A stretch of 64,000 nt of DNA from Candidatus Babeliales bacterium (GTDB lineage: Bacteria; Babelota; Babeliae; Babelales; JANWKD01): positions 224,001 to 288,000 of the forward strand of contig CAVRJO010000001.1 in NCBI GenBank assembly GCA_963722255.1, given 5' to 3'. The stretch's first letter is position 1. Each line of letters starts with the position of its first letter. The position numbers were made by a program, and so were the translations under genes. Below, in pieces: positions 11,180 through 21,860 of the stretch. Under the pieces are notes generated by a model. The model did no database searches. It saw nothing but the letters and a program-made list of their open reading frames with translations, and was not told where the DNA came from.

Positions 11180-11313
11180 ATATAACTTTCTTTAATGTGT
11201 TTTATATGTGTTACCGAACAAACCGGTAAGTATCTTTCATAACGAATAATCTAGCAGAATAACAAGTTTTGCAGTTACATTAGAGCAAACTATTTCTACT
11301 CAAAAATTGAAAA

Positions 11314-12729
11314 TCAAACAGCTATCTCATCGTTAAGTACTAAGCTTTTAAGAATTTCTTTATCCTTTATTCCTTCACTTAATTGAATAGCATACGCTTT
11401 TTTTACTAACAAACCCATATGAGGTCCCGGTTGAACTTCAGGCATCAAATCCTTCCCTTGTAATATTGGCTTCTCAATAGAAGATAAAACACCGGCACGC
11501 TCAGCATTATACAAAAATTTATCTAAAAGTGGCTGCTTTGTATGTAAAGGTTTTCCTCGTTCTACATTGCGACCTTGCTTATCTGCTAATGCAACTTTAG
11601 CAAGCATCGCAAGCGTAATATCAGGTCCTAATTTTAGTGCCAATTTTTTATAAGCGCCCATTCCTGCATTACCTAGTATAAATTCAAAGGGATATAAATG
11701 TGCACTAACAAGCTTACAAACTCCATCAATTAATAGATTATTATGAGTTATACGCTTTAATAGTTTTTTCGTACAATAAACACCCTGCTTAGCATGGTCA
11801 TATGCGGTTAATCTTCCTTTGATTAATTTTGTTGTTACGGTTTTTCCTAGATCATGACATAATGAAGCATAGAGAATTATTAACTTTTCTTCAGGAGAAG
11901 AATAGTCAAGACATGCTGCTGCATCAATAGTTTGTAGTGTATGTTCAAAAACATCACCTTCTGGATGCCAATCAGGTTCTTGTAAGATATCTTTAGTAGC
12001 AGCCAACTCAGGGAGAACCTCTTCAAGTCTTCCAATTTCATTTAACCAACGTAAAGCAATTGAAGGTTTTTTTGACTGCAAAAGCAACTTTCCAAATTCC
12101 AGTTCTATTCGCTCTCTTGAAACTTTAGAAATCTCCATCAGGCTGCAAATCTTTGTTAAGATCAAATCAGGATACATTTCAAAACGACCTATAAATTGCA
12201 TTACTCTATAAAAGCGCAAAGGATCTTCTATAAAAAATCTTGGATTAGGGGTACGCAAGATTCCCATTTTTAAATCATTCAGACCATCAAAAGGATCAAC
12301 AAGCCCAAAAGTAATTAAGTTGATGCCCATTGCATTAATCGTTAAGTCTCGTCGTTCAAACGCAGTTTTTATATCCATCCATGGATCAACCGTTACATGT
12401 GGTTTTCTACCTGCTTCATCAATCCTTGGCAAAGACCAATCGATTGGTAAATTTTCCAATTTCAATACACCAAAACTTTTGCCAACTGCATTCACATTAC
12501 CATACTTTTGCAAAACTTTTTCTAATCGATCCAATGATAGTTTGTGAACTTCAATATCTAAATCTTTTATAGGCATTTGTAAGAATGCATCACGAACACT
12601 ACCACCAACTAAATAAACAACTGCACCTGCTTGCTGTAAATCATGTATGAGAGCTTGTAAAAAACCATACCTAGTTATAAGCGATGCAATTGTGTCCTTT
12701 ATGGATTCATACGTTTGAATATTCTTCAT
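11314..12729 (-). CDS. cca: CCA tRNA nucleotidyltransferase with HD domain
   Basis: VGGSVRD, KDLDIE, RRDLTINA, EDPLR, HPEGDVFEHT, LCHDLGK. Confidence 0.88.
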   Translation of the reverse strand: MKNIQTYESIKDTIASLITRYGFLQALIHDLQQAGAVVYLVGGSVRDAFLQMPIKDLDIEVHKLSLDRLEKVLQKYGNVNAVGKSFGVLKLENLPIDWSLPRIDEAGRKPHVTVDPWMDIKTAFERRDLTINAMGINLITFGLVDPFDGLNDLKMGILRTPNPRFFIEDPLRFYRVMQFIGRFEMYPDLILTKICSLMEISKVSRERIELEFGKLLLQSKKPSIALRWLNEIGRLEEVLPELAATKDILQEPDWHPEGDVFEHTLQTIDAAACLDYSSPEEKLIILYASLCHDLGKTVTTKLIKGRLTAYDHAKQGVYCTKKLLKRITHNNLLIDGVCKLVSAHLYPFEFILGNAGMGAYKKLALKLGPDITLAMLAKVALADKQGRNVERGKPLHTKQPLLDKFLYNAERAGVLSSIEKPILQGKDLMPEVQPGPHMGLLVKKAYAIQLSEGIKDKEILKSLVLNDEIAV

Positions 12730-12903
12730 TTACTTTTCCTATGATACTATCTAATTCTGAAATTCTGTTTTGCCTTCATTGGGCCTCTACTAATAACAGT
12801 TATTTGCATATACCGGCACAAAAAAAATTTACTTTAACAATACCATATATTAAACTATTTGCTCAAATAGAAACTAATATAACTTATCCCATTAAGAGTA
12901 TCC

Positions 12904-13320
12904 ATGAAAACAACTATCTATTGTGCATTGTTTTGTCTTACCATAGCAATCTGCATGCTAAAGTGCATGGAAACACCATTCTACACCCATAAACCTCAAG
13001 AAGAATACAAATTAGTACGAATAACGCGTGATTATGCAATTTTTAAAATATCCAATGCGTTATACATCAATGGTACGTTACCAACTTTAATAACCTTTAA
13101 TTCAAAACAAAAATTTCCCATTCCAACACTTCGCAAAATGGCAAATTCAAATCCAAACAATACCATGTTAAACAGCGAATATGAAAAATATTTAAAACAA
13201 GTAGAATATCATAAAAAAAAAGGTACCCTTAAAGAATTTCATGATTACATGTCACTCTTACAGCAAAGTAGAATTTTTTTACTTCGATTAAAAATGAATA
13301 CCGATGAGTATGCAATCTAA
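12904..13320 (+). CDS. Hypothetical secreted protein
   Basis: 138 aa, N-terminal hydrophobic signal ending LKC|MET. Confidence 0.55.
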   Translation: MKTTIYCALFCLTIAICMLKCMETPFYTHKPQEEYKLVRITRDYAIFKISNALYINGTLPTLITFNSKQKFPIPTLRKMANSNPNNTMLNSEYEKYLKQVEYHKKKGTLKEFHDYMSLLQQSRIFLLRLKMNTDEYAI

Positions 13321-13520
13321 CGTTCCTTATCACATGCAATACTCTTTCCGATTATTATTCAAAGATAGATGTTTACCAAATCCTTTAATCATTGAACATT
13401 TAAAGTATTCTACAAGAGAATTAAGTCTAAACACCAATACCTTTGAATCTTACATCTAATTTTTGTAAAGTAAGTAATAAGGATATTCTTTAATACGTTA
13501 TAAACTATGAGATTAAAGGG

Positions 13521-14303
13521 ATGAATCAAAAGAATATTTTACACTCTCTAATTATCGTTCAGAGCATAATTTTTAGTACGACAACGGTAGATTTTTCACT
13601 TAAAGGAATAACGTCTTGGATAAAAGGAGCAAAAGAAGAAACATTTTTTAAAGAAATACCATTTGATTCTCAAGGAACCGTGGTTCTTGAAAATGAATCG
13701 GGAACCGTATTGATAAAAAGCTGGAGTTTCCCAAAAGTTGCTATTGAAGCTCTTAAAAGAGCACCTGGCAAAGAACTTTCTTCGCTAGATATTGAAACTT
13801 CTCTCATAGCAAATCAACTCATTGTTCGCTCACTCAATAGTTCCAAAAATGGTTCGATAGATTATCAACTCATAGTCCCAACCAATACAAATATCGTCAT
13901 CAATGGCAAAGATTGTTCAATCAAAACAAAAAACATCAGCGGCATTCATCAAATTACAACAAATAACAGTATAGACATTCAAGGCGCTTGCAATAGCATT
14001 CATGCTTTAACCGCTGGAGCTATTTCTATTGGATTTTCAAATCTACCTTCTTATGCCGCTATTTCACTCAAAAGCATTAAAAGTTCTGTTGCATTAACAC
14101 TGCCAACTCAATGTCATGCATCAATAAAAGCAACCACACAATATAATTCAATTATCTCACATCATTTAGTTACCTTAAAGCCAATCACTCTTTTATTGAA
14201 TAAACAAAGTTGGGATCAATTAAAAAAAACGATTAATGGAATAATCGGAATTGGTGGTCCACTTATAGATATATCTGCTTATAATGGAATCACGATACAA
14301 TAA
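13521..14303 (+). CDS. DUF4097-like (adhesin-type beta-strand repeat) protein
   Basis: LENESGTVLIKSW, IDYQLIVP, C-terminal IDISAYNGITIQ. Confidence 0.55.
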   Translation: MNQKNILHSLIIVQSIIFSTTTVDFSLKGITSWIKGAKEETFFKEIPFDSQGTVVLENESGTVLIKSWSFPKVAIEALKRAPGKELSSLDIETSLIANQLIVRSLNSSKNGSIDYQLIVPTNTNIVINGKDCSIKTKNISGIHQITTNNSIDIQGACNSIHALTAGAISIGFSNLPSYAAISLKSIKSSVALTLPTQCHASIKATTQYNSIISHHLVTLKPITLLLNKQSWDQLKKTINGIIGIGGPLIDISAYNGITIQ

Positions 14304-14429
14304 AAATAGTAGAAATTAGATACATAAGAAAAAATAATCATTCATCAATATCATCATTGTTAAAAATTTGGTACAATAAAAAAATACAAATGTTCCCATA
14401 TTATTAACAATTTTAATCGATATAATGTT

Positions 14430-16203
14430 ATGAAAATAATGCACTACATTTTTTCCATCAGTTTTTTTCTTATAACAGTTACAACCCTGTTGAGCAAAAC
14501 ATTAGAATATTCTTCACGATCTATTGATCCCAAGACAATAGAAATCATCTTAAATTTCACCTTTGAACCGGAAGAATATATGTATAAGGATTCTATCGTA
14601 CTTTTTATCGATAATCCTCTTTATACTATAGCTCCGTTTAAAAGTTCAAAAGAAGCCGCAACACGTTATGATCCAACATTTAAAAAATCAAAAAAAATTT
14701 TTGAAAATAACGTTACTCTTTCAGCTCAAATAACTGTGCCAGAAAAAATGGATTCAGATGCCTATTTACATATTTCTACAGCTACTAATAAACAAGGAAC
14801 CGATGAAATAGTTATACCAATTATCGCTCCTAATAATATCGATGAAACGCAACTTAATAAAATATCTCATGAAGAAGAAACTAAAAATGCATTGCATTCT
14901 GCTCACGGCAAAAATCACAACTCTTCTTCATCGAGTTCATTTTCACTTTCTGAATATATCTCAAATTTAGTCAAAACTATTAATTCACCGTTTATGAGAA
15001 TCATCTTAGTATTTTTTCTTGGAATGCTTCTTAGCTTAACTCCGTGTATTTACCCAATGGTACCCATTACCATTGGAATTTTACAAGCTCAAGGAAGCAA
15101 ATCATTACTGTATAATTTTTTGTCCGCTCTTTCCTATACCTGCGGCATTGCAACAACGTTCGCTCTTTTTGGTCTCCTTGCAAGTTGTACCGGGCCTCTA
15201 TGCGGCCAACTTCTTATGGAACCAATTTTTATTATAGGACTTGTTATATTGCTTACCTATTTAGGCCTGTCGATGTTAGGATTTTATGATGTGTACGTAC
15301 CAAAATTTTTTAAACCATCAACACAAAATTTAAAAGGCGGATCGCTTCTTTCAACCTTTATTTTTGGAGCGGCAAGTGGAACAATAGCTTCTCCATGCGT
15401 TTCACCGGGCCTCGTTTTGTTGTTAAGTATAGTAGCAACGCTCAATAATAAAATTCTTGGATTTTTGCTCTTATTTGTTTTTGGCATAGGGCTTAGTACA
15501 CCATTGCTGATCGTTGGGGCTTTTTCAAGCTCTCTTGCGCTTTTGCCACGCGCAGGCCTGTGGATGGTAGAAATAAAGAAATTATTTGGATTTATGATTT
15601 TTGGCATGTGCTTTTATTATATAAATTATATAATTCCGACACCAATTCTTTTATGGATTCTTGCGATTTTTGTAGCTAGCAGTGGGTATATACTATAGTT
15701 ATTCTAGCCAAAAAATGGCTGCCGGTCTTTGGAAAAAGATTAATTTCTGGATTGGAATGGTCGCTCTTATAGCAGCAGTACTCATATTTTTTCAGGCATA
15801 TCGATCAGCTACCTATGCAAAAAAAGATGCTTATGAAGAGCATAACAATATATGGCATACTCTGTATGAAAGTGCCCTTGATCAAGCTCATAGAGAAAAT
15901 AAAAAGCTATTTATTGATTTCTGGGCTACTTTCTGCCCCATTTGTTTAGCTATTAATAAAACTGTATTAACAAAACCAGCAATTATAAAAGCTTTACAAG
16001 AAAATTACGTTCTTCTTAAAGTTGATGGAAGCCATAACGCTAATGTTCCTTATGCAACCTTAAAAAATAAATATCCTATTAAAGGGTTTCCAACATTCTT
16101 TGTAGTTGATCCTACGACTGAAACTGTTGTTGCTGAGTTTGGAGGTGAACTTTATGATATGGAAGAAAATAAATTCATTGAACTGCTACAAAGCATGAAA
16201 TAG
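14430..16203 (+). CDS. dsbD: Thiol:disulfide interchange protein DsbD, split by a frameshift near 15685
   Basis: LTPCIYPMVP and SPCVSP in the TM domain; thioredoxin domain IDFWATFCPIC in the second frame; removing one G from AGTGGGTATA restores SGIYYSYSS. Confidence 0.85.
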
Positions 16204-16220
16204 TTGTTTTTATATAAAAA

Positions 16221-16261
16221 AATAAAGGGGTGCGTGAAATTATTCACACACCCCTTTTATT
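16221..16261. terminator. Bidirectional intrinsic terminator
   Basis: AATAAAGGGGTGCGTGAA / TTCACACACCCCTTTTATT between convergent genes. Confidence 0.7.
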
Positions 16262-16278
16262 ATACCAAAAAAGTTATA

Positions 16279-16827
16279 TTATTTATCTAAAGCAAATCTA
16301 ACAGTACCGATTGCACGTGCACTGCGATTAAAATTGAGATTAGTAGGAAGAACATTTTCTTGATTAACAACTAAAGCATTATAGCTTACTTGTGTTGCCG
16401 TTCTCAAACTTTCAATAACATCTGTAAATCTACCACGTCTACTTTCAATTGTATCCATCGTTTTTAAAAAACTTGATGATAGATACATCAAATCACCCTT
16501 CTGATCTGGTCGATTATACTTATTTGTAAATATCTCATCATATAATTCAACAAATGCTTCTTCTACTTCTGCAGAATCTGTTCTTTCTTGAGTCAGTATC
16601 GAGGTAAGTCGATCCATTTGGTCTTTTACAAATTCTCTATCAATAGAAACATCAACGGCTACACCACATTGTTGAGCAACTTTTTTATATAATCCTGATG
16701 CTTGTTCCAATGAAAGATCTTTATCAAAAACATCTTCTAACTCATTAATACCAAATTCATCTTCCATACAAAAAACACTGCCCATAGATAATGAGAGCGC
16801 AAAAACAGTAACAAATAATTTCTTCAT
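16279..16827 (-). CDS. Hypothetical secreted acidic protein
   Basis: MKKLFVTVFALSLSMGSVFC|MED signal peptide; AAGGT RBS. Confidence 0.65.
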   Translation of the reverse strand: MKKLFVTVFALSLSMGSVFCMEDEFGINELEDVFDKDLSLEQASGLYKKVAQQCGVAVDVSIDREFVKDQMDRLTSILTQERTDSAEVEEAFVELYDEIFTNKYNRPDQKGDLMYLSSSFLKTMDTIESRRGRFTDVIESLRTATQVSYNALVVNQENVLPTNLNFNRSARAIGTVRFALDK

Positions 16828-17022
16828 AGGAATATTACCTTTATTTTAATAAATTGTTAAAAATTACAATATATTCTAATTGTACATATTTTTAAAAAAA
16901 AGGCAAGAGTTTTTGGGGAAATATACATTTCTATTTGTAATTATAGGTAAAAAAGCAGCAAAAATACTCTGTTATTAAGAAAAAAACAACAGTTTAGTAG
17001 AAAAAATAACTTAAAAGTTACG

Positions 17023-17349
17023 TTATTCTCTTTTAATACCTGTTTGACGGGTATCAACCTGCTTCTTTTTAGCTTCAGTCAATTGATTATACATGCAATC
17101 AAAGACCTGAGAGATTAAATCGTAAAATTCAGATCCTTCACGATGAGCAATTAGCTTATAATTGGGGGTAGTAACTTGAAGTTCAACTTTATGATGCGCA
17201 TGCGTAAAACCTGCAGTAAAAATCATATGAATATATTGAGGATCTTTTTCATGTTCCAAAAAAAGTTCAATTTTATCAAACTGTTGATTTGCATATTCTT
17301 CTATAGTAGCTGAATGATCCATTCCACGAAAGGTAAATTGTTTATTCAT
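17023..17349 (-). CDS. hpf: Ribosome hibernation promoting factor
   Basis: TFRGMDHSATIEEYA...FYDLI...QL, S30AE/HPF fold pattern. Confidence 0.8.
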   Translation of the reverse strand: MNKQFTFRGMDHSATIEEYANQQFDKIELFLEHEKDPQYIHMIFTAGFTHAHHKVELQVTTPNYKLIAHREGSEFYDLISQVFDCMYNQLTEAKKKQVDTRQTGIKRE

Positions 17350-17442
17350 AATAGTTCCTCTTTTTTATAGTGTCATTCAGATTCTATCATAAACAATAAA
17401 AAAGAGGCCATGGTTTTATAAAAATGATTAAAAAATTGGTAA

Positions 17443-18759
17443 TCAACCTTTTTTGCGAGGAATAAAGGCAACGGGAACACCAATTAAATCATATTTTTTT
17501 CGCATTATATTTTCAAAGAACGCTAACTGACTTTGACCAAACCAAACCGGCTCATTAACAATAATAACAAACATAGGAGGAGCTGAAGAGATTTGTTTAA
17601 CTCTACGCAGAATAAGTTGGGATGTTTTATGATATAAAGGAGTTTTCATTAAAGCATTCTTAAAGAGTTCAGTAAGATCTTGATCAGAGAACTTTTGTTT
17701 ATAACGCTCCCATACCTTTGTTACTAAGGGTAAAATCTTACCAACATTTTTTCCCGTCTTACATGAAATAAATAGTTGAGGGATTTTTCTCATAAAATAA
17801 TCATATTGATCGCATTCTCGTTCAAGATCAGCATAGTTTTGCTCGGTCATTGCATCATCTTTATTTATCAATATAATGAGCGCTTTACGATTTTCAAAGG
17901 CATAGAATGCCAATTTTAACTCTTGATCACTCAACTGTCCTTCAGTACCATCAATCATCAAAAGTACAATGTCTGCCCTACCAACAGCCTTAAATGATGT
18001 TTTAACCATCATTGTTTCCAAGGTTTCAGTAACACCCCTTTTTCTTCGTATACCGGCAGTGTCGGTCAAAAGAATTGTTTCTTGATAAAAACGTAACTGT
18101 TCCGTTATTGGCTCGCGCGTTGTTCCCGGTATTTCAGCAACAATTGATCGTTCTTGTTCCAATAAAGCATTCATTAATGAAGATTTACCGACATTTGGCT
18201 TGCCTAATAAAACCAGATTGAATTTTGGCTTTTCCGGAATGAAATCCTTATGCTTTTTTTCTAATTTTTGTACAATTCTTTCAAGCAATTCACCAGACCC
18301 TGTACCATGCTGTGCAGAAACAGGAATAACATCATGTGTACCAAGACTTTGATATTCGTAAAGATGTTGTTGCGTACTTTCTGCGTCAATCTTATTCACA
18401 ACAATAAGAGTATCCTTTTTTGCTTTTTGAAGAAACGTATTAATTTCTCGATCTTCAGGCAAAAGGCCAATTTTACCATCACAGACAAACAATACCAAAT
18501 CGGCTGATTCAATAAGATTCAATGCAATTTGACGTACTTTTTCTGTTAAGGTATCTTCAGATTTCTTTAAACTAATACCACCACTATCGATAAGCTCAAA
18601 TGAAATACCTTGCCACGATACGATATCGGATATAAAATCACGAGTAACTCCGGCATAATCTAGTGTTAAGCTTTTGACAGAGGTAGACAATCTATTAAAT
18701 AAGGTTGATTTGCCAACATTCGCTCTGCCTATAATTACAACTTTTGGTAAGTTACTCAT
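17443..18759 (-). CDS. der: Ribosome biogenesis GTPase Der
   Basis: Two G domains (GRANVGKS, GKPNVGKS; DSGG, DTAG; NKID, NKDD) plus KH-like tail. Confidence 0.95.
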   Translation of the reverse strand: MSNLPKVVIIGRANVGKSTLFNRLSTSVKSLTLDYAGVTRDFISDIVSWQGISFELIDSGGISLKKSEDTLTEKVRQIALNLIESADLVLFVCDGKIGLLPEDREINTFLQKAKKDTLIVVNKIDAESTQQHLYEYQSLGTHDVIPVSAQHGTGSGELLERIVQKLEKKHKDFIPEKPKFNLVLLGKPNVGKSSLMNALLEQERSIVAEIPGTTREPITEQLRFYQETILLTDTAGIRRKRGVTETLETMMVKTSFKAVGRADIVLLMIDGTEGQLSDQELKLAFYAFENRKALIILINKDDAMTEQNYADLERECDQYDYFMRKIPQLFISCKTGKNVGKILPLVTKVWERYKQKFSDQDLTELFKNALMKTPLYHKTSQLILRRVKQISSAPPMFVIIVNEPVWFGQSQLAFFENIMRKKYDLIGVPVAFIPRKKG

Positions 18760-20473
18760 TCGATCCCTCCGCAATTTCGCGAATAGTTCCTGCAAACATG
18801 GTTTTCAGGAGTGAAGCTTTTTTCCATTGATTAGTATTTGATGTATCTATATTGTTGTGAACATCTTTATTTTTCATTGTTTCTTTTTCTCTTTTTGCAC
18901 TATGTACAGTCTCTGGCTGTGAAGAAATATTTTTTTTGGGTTCTAGCGTTTTATGAACGTCAACCTGCTTAAAAGCAACCGTGAGCTTCATATCTTTTTG
19001 AAATAGTGTAGTAAGTAAAGGCTTCCAAATCGATTCGGATTTTTGAATAATATCATTAAAAAAATTAAACTCATTTCCAAAAATAATATGGATTTCTTGA
19101 ACATCATCATGAGATCCTTCAAAGTATGCTTGTTTAAATAAGGAACTCAGCATCGGATCTACATTACCTAACTGTCCAATAAATTTTTTCCATAAATCAA
19201 TTGACGAATCTTTTGATTCGGCATATTCGATTTTAGGCTTCGGAGCAGCTTCCACTTCTCGGTTATTCAAATCTTGTACCACCGTGTTGTGCAAAGCTTG
19301 ATTGCTACTTTTTATTTTTTTTGTATCGAAAGAATTTTTTATTACTAATGATGAACCAGTAACAGAACTTTTTGATGCTTGGCACATTCTTAAAAGCAAC
19401 ATTTCAAAAAGATGCCATGGATATCCCGTTCTTTGTAAAAGAAGCTCATGTTCATACAAGAGCTCTAGACAACTATTAAAATAATGGACTGATGTGCAAG
19501 AAACAAACGTTTGAATCGCTTCAGAATATTCAACAAAATTTTTTGGTCCGATTTTATAGGAAACCCAAATACAGGTATTAAGTAGCTCGATTAATGACTT
19601 CCATACCGTTTCAACACAAAAGTTTTCTAATGAGTGAGCACTCAAAAATTGTAATAATCTCGTCGAATCGCCTTGTATAACATGCTCAAAAAGCTGTATC
19701 AGGGTGCCATCATCAGTATGGCCAAACACTCTCAATGCTGAAGCTTTTGTAACACAACTACTTTCAAATCTAACCTGCTCAAGCAAATTCAAAGCATCAC
19801 GCACTGAACCTTTTGCTTGTTTTACCACTGCAAGCAATCCATCACGTTCATATGAAATTTTTTCTTGTTGGCAAATATTCTCTAAATGCATAAGTAAAAT
19901 ATCATGAGAAACTGAACGAAATATAAGTTGAAAACTTCTTGAGCGAACTGTTTCAATAATTTTGTGTAATTCCGTTGTTGCTAAAATAAAAAGCGCAGAT
20001 GCCGGTGGCTCTTCCAATATTTTTAAAAATGCATTAAATGCCGCTTTGCTCAGCATATGAGCTTCATCAATAAGATAGATTTTTTTACGACCAATTAATG
20101 GTAGAAAAGCAGCAATATCAATAATATGACGAACATTATCAACACCGGTATGTGATGCACCATCAATTTCAATAAAGTCAGGATGATTCCCCCCTGCCAT
20201 TGCCAAGCATGATCTACATTGCAAACAGGGAATAGAGTTGTTTTTTGGATCTTTTTGAAAAAGTTCGAGATTGGCACAATTAACCGCTCCGGCAAATATA
20301 CGCGCTGTTGTTGTTTTACCACAGCCATGCTGACCGGAAAAAAGATATACGGGGAAAAAATGTTGTAAATAAAGGCTATTTTTTAAAATGCGCACAGAAA
20401 GATCTTGCCCAATTACTTGGTCAAAATCGTGAGAACGCCATTTGCGTGCAAGATTCAAATGCTCTGTACTCAT
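18752..20473 (-). CDS. dnaX: DNA polymerase III gamma/tau
   Basis: LARKWR, GQHGCGKTT, IEIDGAS, IDEAHMLS..AFNAFLKILEEP. Confidence 0.95.
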   Translation of the reverse strand: MSTEHLNLARKWRSHDFDQVIGQDLSVRILKNSLYLQHFFPVYLFSGQHGCGKTTTARIFAGAVNCANLELFQKDPKNNSIPCLQCRSCLAMAGGNHPDFIEIDGASHTGVDNVRHIIDIAAFLPLIGRKKIYLIDEAHMLSKAAFNAFLKILEEPPASALFILATTELHKIIETVRSRSFQLIFRSVSHDILLMHLENICQQEKISYERDGLLAVVKQAKGSVRDALNLLEQVRFESSCVTKASALRVFGHTDDGTLIQLFEHVIQGDSTRLLQFLSAHSLENFCVETVWKSLIELLNTCIWVSYKIGPKNFVEYSEAIQTFVSCTSVHYFNSCLELLYEHELLLQRTGYPWHLFEMLLLRMCQASKSSVTGSSLVIKNSFDTKKIKSSNQALHNTVVQDLNNREVEAAPKPKIEYAESKDSSIDLWKKFIGQLGNVDPMLSSLFKQAYFEGSHDDVQEIHIIFGNEFNFFNDIIQKSESIWKPLLTTLFQKDMKLTVAFKQVDVHKTLEPKKNISSQPETVHSAKREKETMKNKDVHNNIDTSNTNQWKKASLLKTMFAGTIREIAEGSNE

Positions 20474-20526
20474 GACCCACCATTTCCAACTACGTTATTT
20501 AATAAAAAAATTACAACAAAAAGAGA

Positions 20527-20614
20527 TGGGGAAGCTCATACAAGAATAAATGTACCCCTGCTGCTTCTTTTCGGACCTGACAGATTAAGTAACTATTTCT
20601 TATTCACTTCCCCA
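20527..20614 (-). ncRNA. ffs: Small bacterial SRP RNA (4.5S)
   Basis: Minus strand has TCAGGTCCGAAAAGAAGCAGC (domain IV motif), closed by TGGGGAAG/CTTCCCCA; located directly upstream of dnaX. Confidence 0.9.
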
Positions 20615-20634
20615 AATTTATTAATCCTTTAGCT

Positions 20635-20729
20635 AACTCTCGCTACGCGCTTCGAAAAACAAGTTAACGAAATCTGGCGTAGCCAGTCGTAGTTTGCCGA
20701 GCCTGAAGGCCCGGATAAACGAAGACTGG
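20635..20729 (-). repeat. Double-hairpin palindromic element abutting the tRNA-Ser 3' end
   Basis: Minus strand CCAGTC..GTTT / AAAC..GACTGG enclosing CCGGGCCTTCAGGCTCGG, then GCTACGC...GCGTAGC. Confidence 0.5.
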
Positions 20730-20818
20730 TGGAGAGAGAGGGATTCGAACCCTCGATGCCTCTTTCGAGACATACACGATTTCCAATCATGCTCTTTCAA
20801 CCACTCAGACACCTCTCC
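20727..20818 (-). tRNA. tRNA-Ser(GGA)
   Basis: GGAGAGGTGTCTGAGTGGTTGAAAGAG-CATGA-TTGGAAA-TCGTG, long variable arm, GGTTCGAATCC, encoded CCA. Confidence 0.96.
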
Positions 20819-20846
20819 AACAAATTTTATAAGCAAATTCTAATGA

Positions 20847-21728
20847 TTATTTGCTAATTTTCTTTTTAGAATCAACTTTTGGTTGGAAAGCAGGCTCTTT
20901 AAACTTTTTCACTTTTGCTGCTTTTAATGCATCAGCCGATTCTGCATCATCTTCAACATCCAAGGTTTCGGTAGCAAATTCTCGCACTAAAGTTTCTGGA
21001 GACACAACTGCTTCAGCAGCTTGTGCTTGTTGAATACCTTTTTCTTTAGCTTGCTCTTTACCTTTAGCAACAGCGTCAGCTAAATAGTTCAAAATAATCT
21101 TAATAGAATCACGACCATCATCATTTCCTGGAATAACATAGCTGACAAGTTCAGGGTCACTATTGGTATCAACCAAAGCAACTACCGGTACACCAAGAGC
21201 TGCAGCTTCTTTAAGGGCTGCTTGTTCTTTACGCACATCAACTATAACTACAGCACCTAATGGCCACTTAAAATTAACAAGACCACCAAAGTTATTTGCA
21301 AGCTTTTCAGATTCTTTTTGTAAACGGCTCAACTCTTTTTTAGTATAATGAGCATGATCAGCTTTTGATAAAATATCTTTAAAGTGAAGTAATTTTACGA
21401 TTGGCTTACGTATTTGAGCATAGTTTGTTAATGCACCACCAATCCAACGATGTGATACGTATGAACAGTTAGTTTTAGTAGCAACCTCTGTCACAATGGA
21501 ACGAGCAGTCTTTTTTGTTCCAATCCATAAAATAGACTTGTTTTCTGCAGCAACAGATGTAAGAAATGTCGCCGCTTTTTCAAGTAACCGTGCAGTTTCT
21601 AAAACATTCACAAGATATATTTTATTTTTACGACCCCAAATATAAGGAGCCATTTTTGGATTCCAGCTTGAAGTAGGGTGACCAAACGGAACACCTGCTT
21701 CTATTAACTTTTTAAAATCTATAGCCAT
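20847..21728 (-). CDS. rpsB: 30S ribosomal protein S2
   Basis: LIEAGVPFGH..WNPKMAPYI, RWIGGALTN, DTNSDP..IPGNDD. Confidence 0.97.
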   Translation of the reverse strand: MAIDFKKLIEAGVPFGHPTSSWNPKMAPYIWGRKNKIYLVNVLETARLLEKAATFLTSVAAENKSILWIGTKKTARSIVTEVATKTNCSYVSHRWIGGALTNYAQIRKPIVKLLHFKDILSKADHAHYTKKELSRLQKESEKLANNFGGLVNFKWPLGAVVIVDVRKEQAALKEAAALGVPVVALVDTNSDPELVSYVIPGNDDGRDSIKIILNYLADAVAKGKEQAKEKGIQQAQAAEAVVSPETLVREFATETLDVEDDAESADALKAAKVKKFKEPAFQPKVDSKKKISK

Positions 21729-21812
21729 AAATTTACCTTTCCGGGTTATTTTGCTTGCTTTAGTAACCTTACAATTGAGGCACCCGTCAATTAAAGCAAG
21801 AATTTAATACAC
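21729..21812 (-). promoter_or_regulatory. rpsB (S2) leader RNA with pseudoknot
   Basis: Stem CTTGCTTTA/TAAAGCAAG, inner AATTGA-CGGGTGCC-TCAATT, loop CGGGT complementary to ACCCG next to the RBS. Confidence 0.65.
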
Positions 21813-21860
21813 TGATGACAATAAGCACTATAACTCTATCAAAAATCTAAAAAATTTCAA

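Noticed and set aside
20727..20818. tRNA-Ser with A at the discriminator position; possible integration site
   Set aside because: Minor variation; no integrase or duplicated tRNA 3' end found in the window.
20405..20836. ORFs 20405..20632 and 20633..20836
   Set aside because: They overlap the SRP RNA and tRNA-Ser genes.
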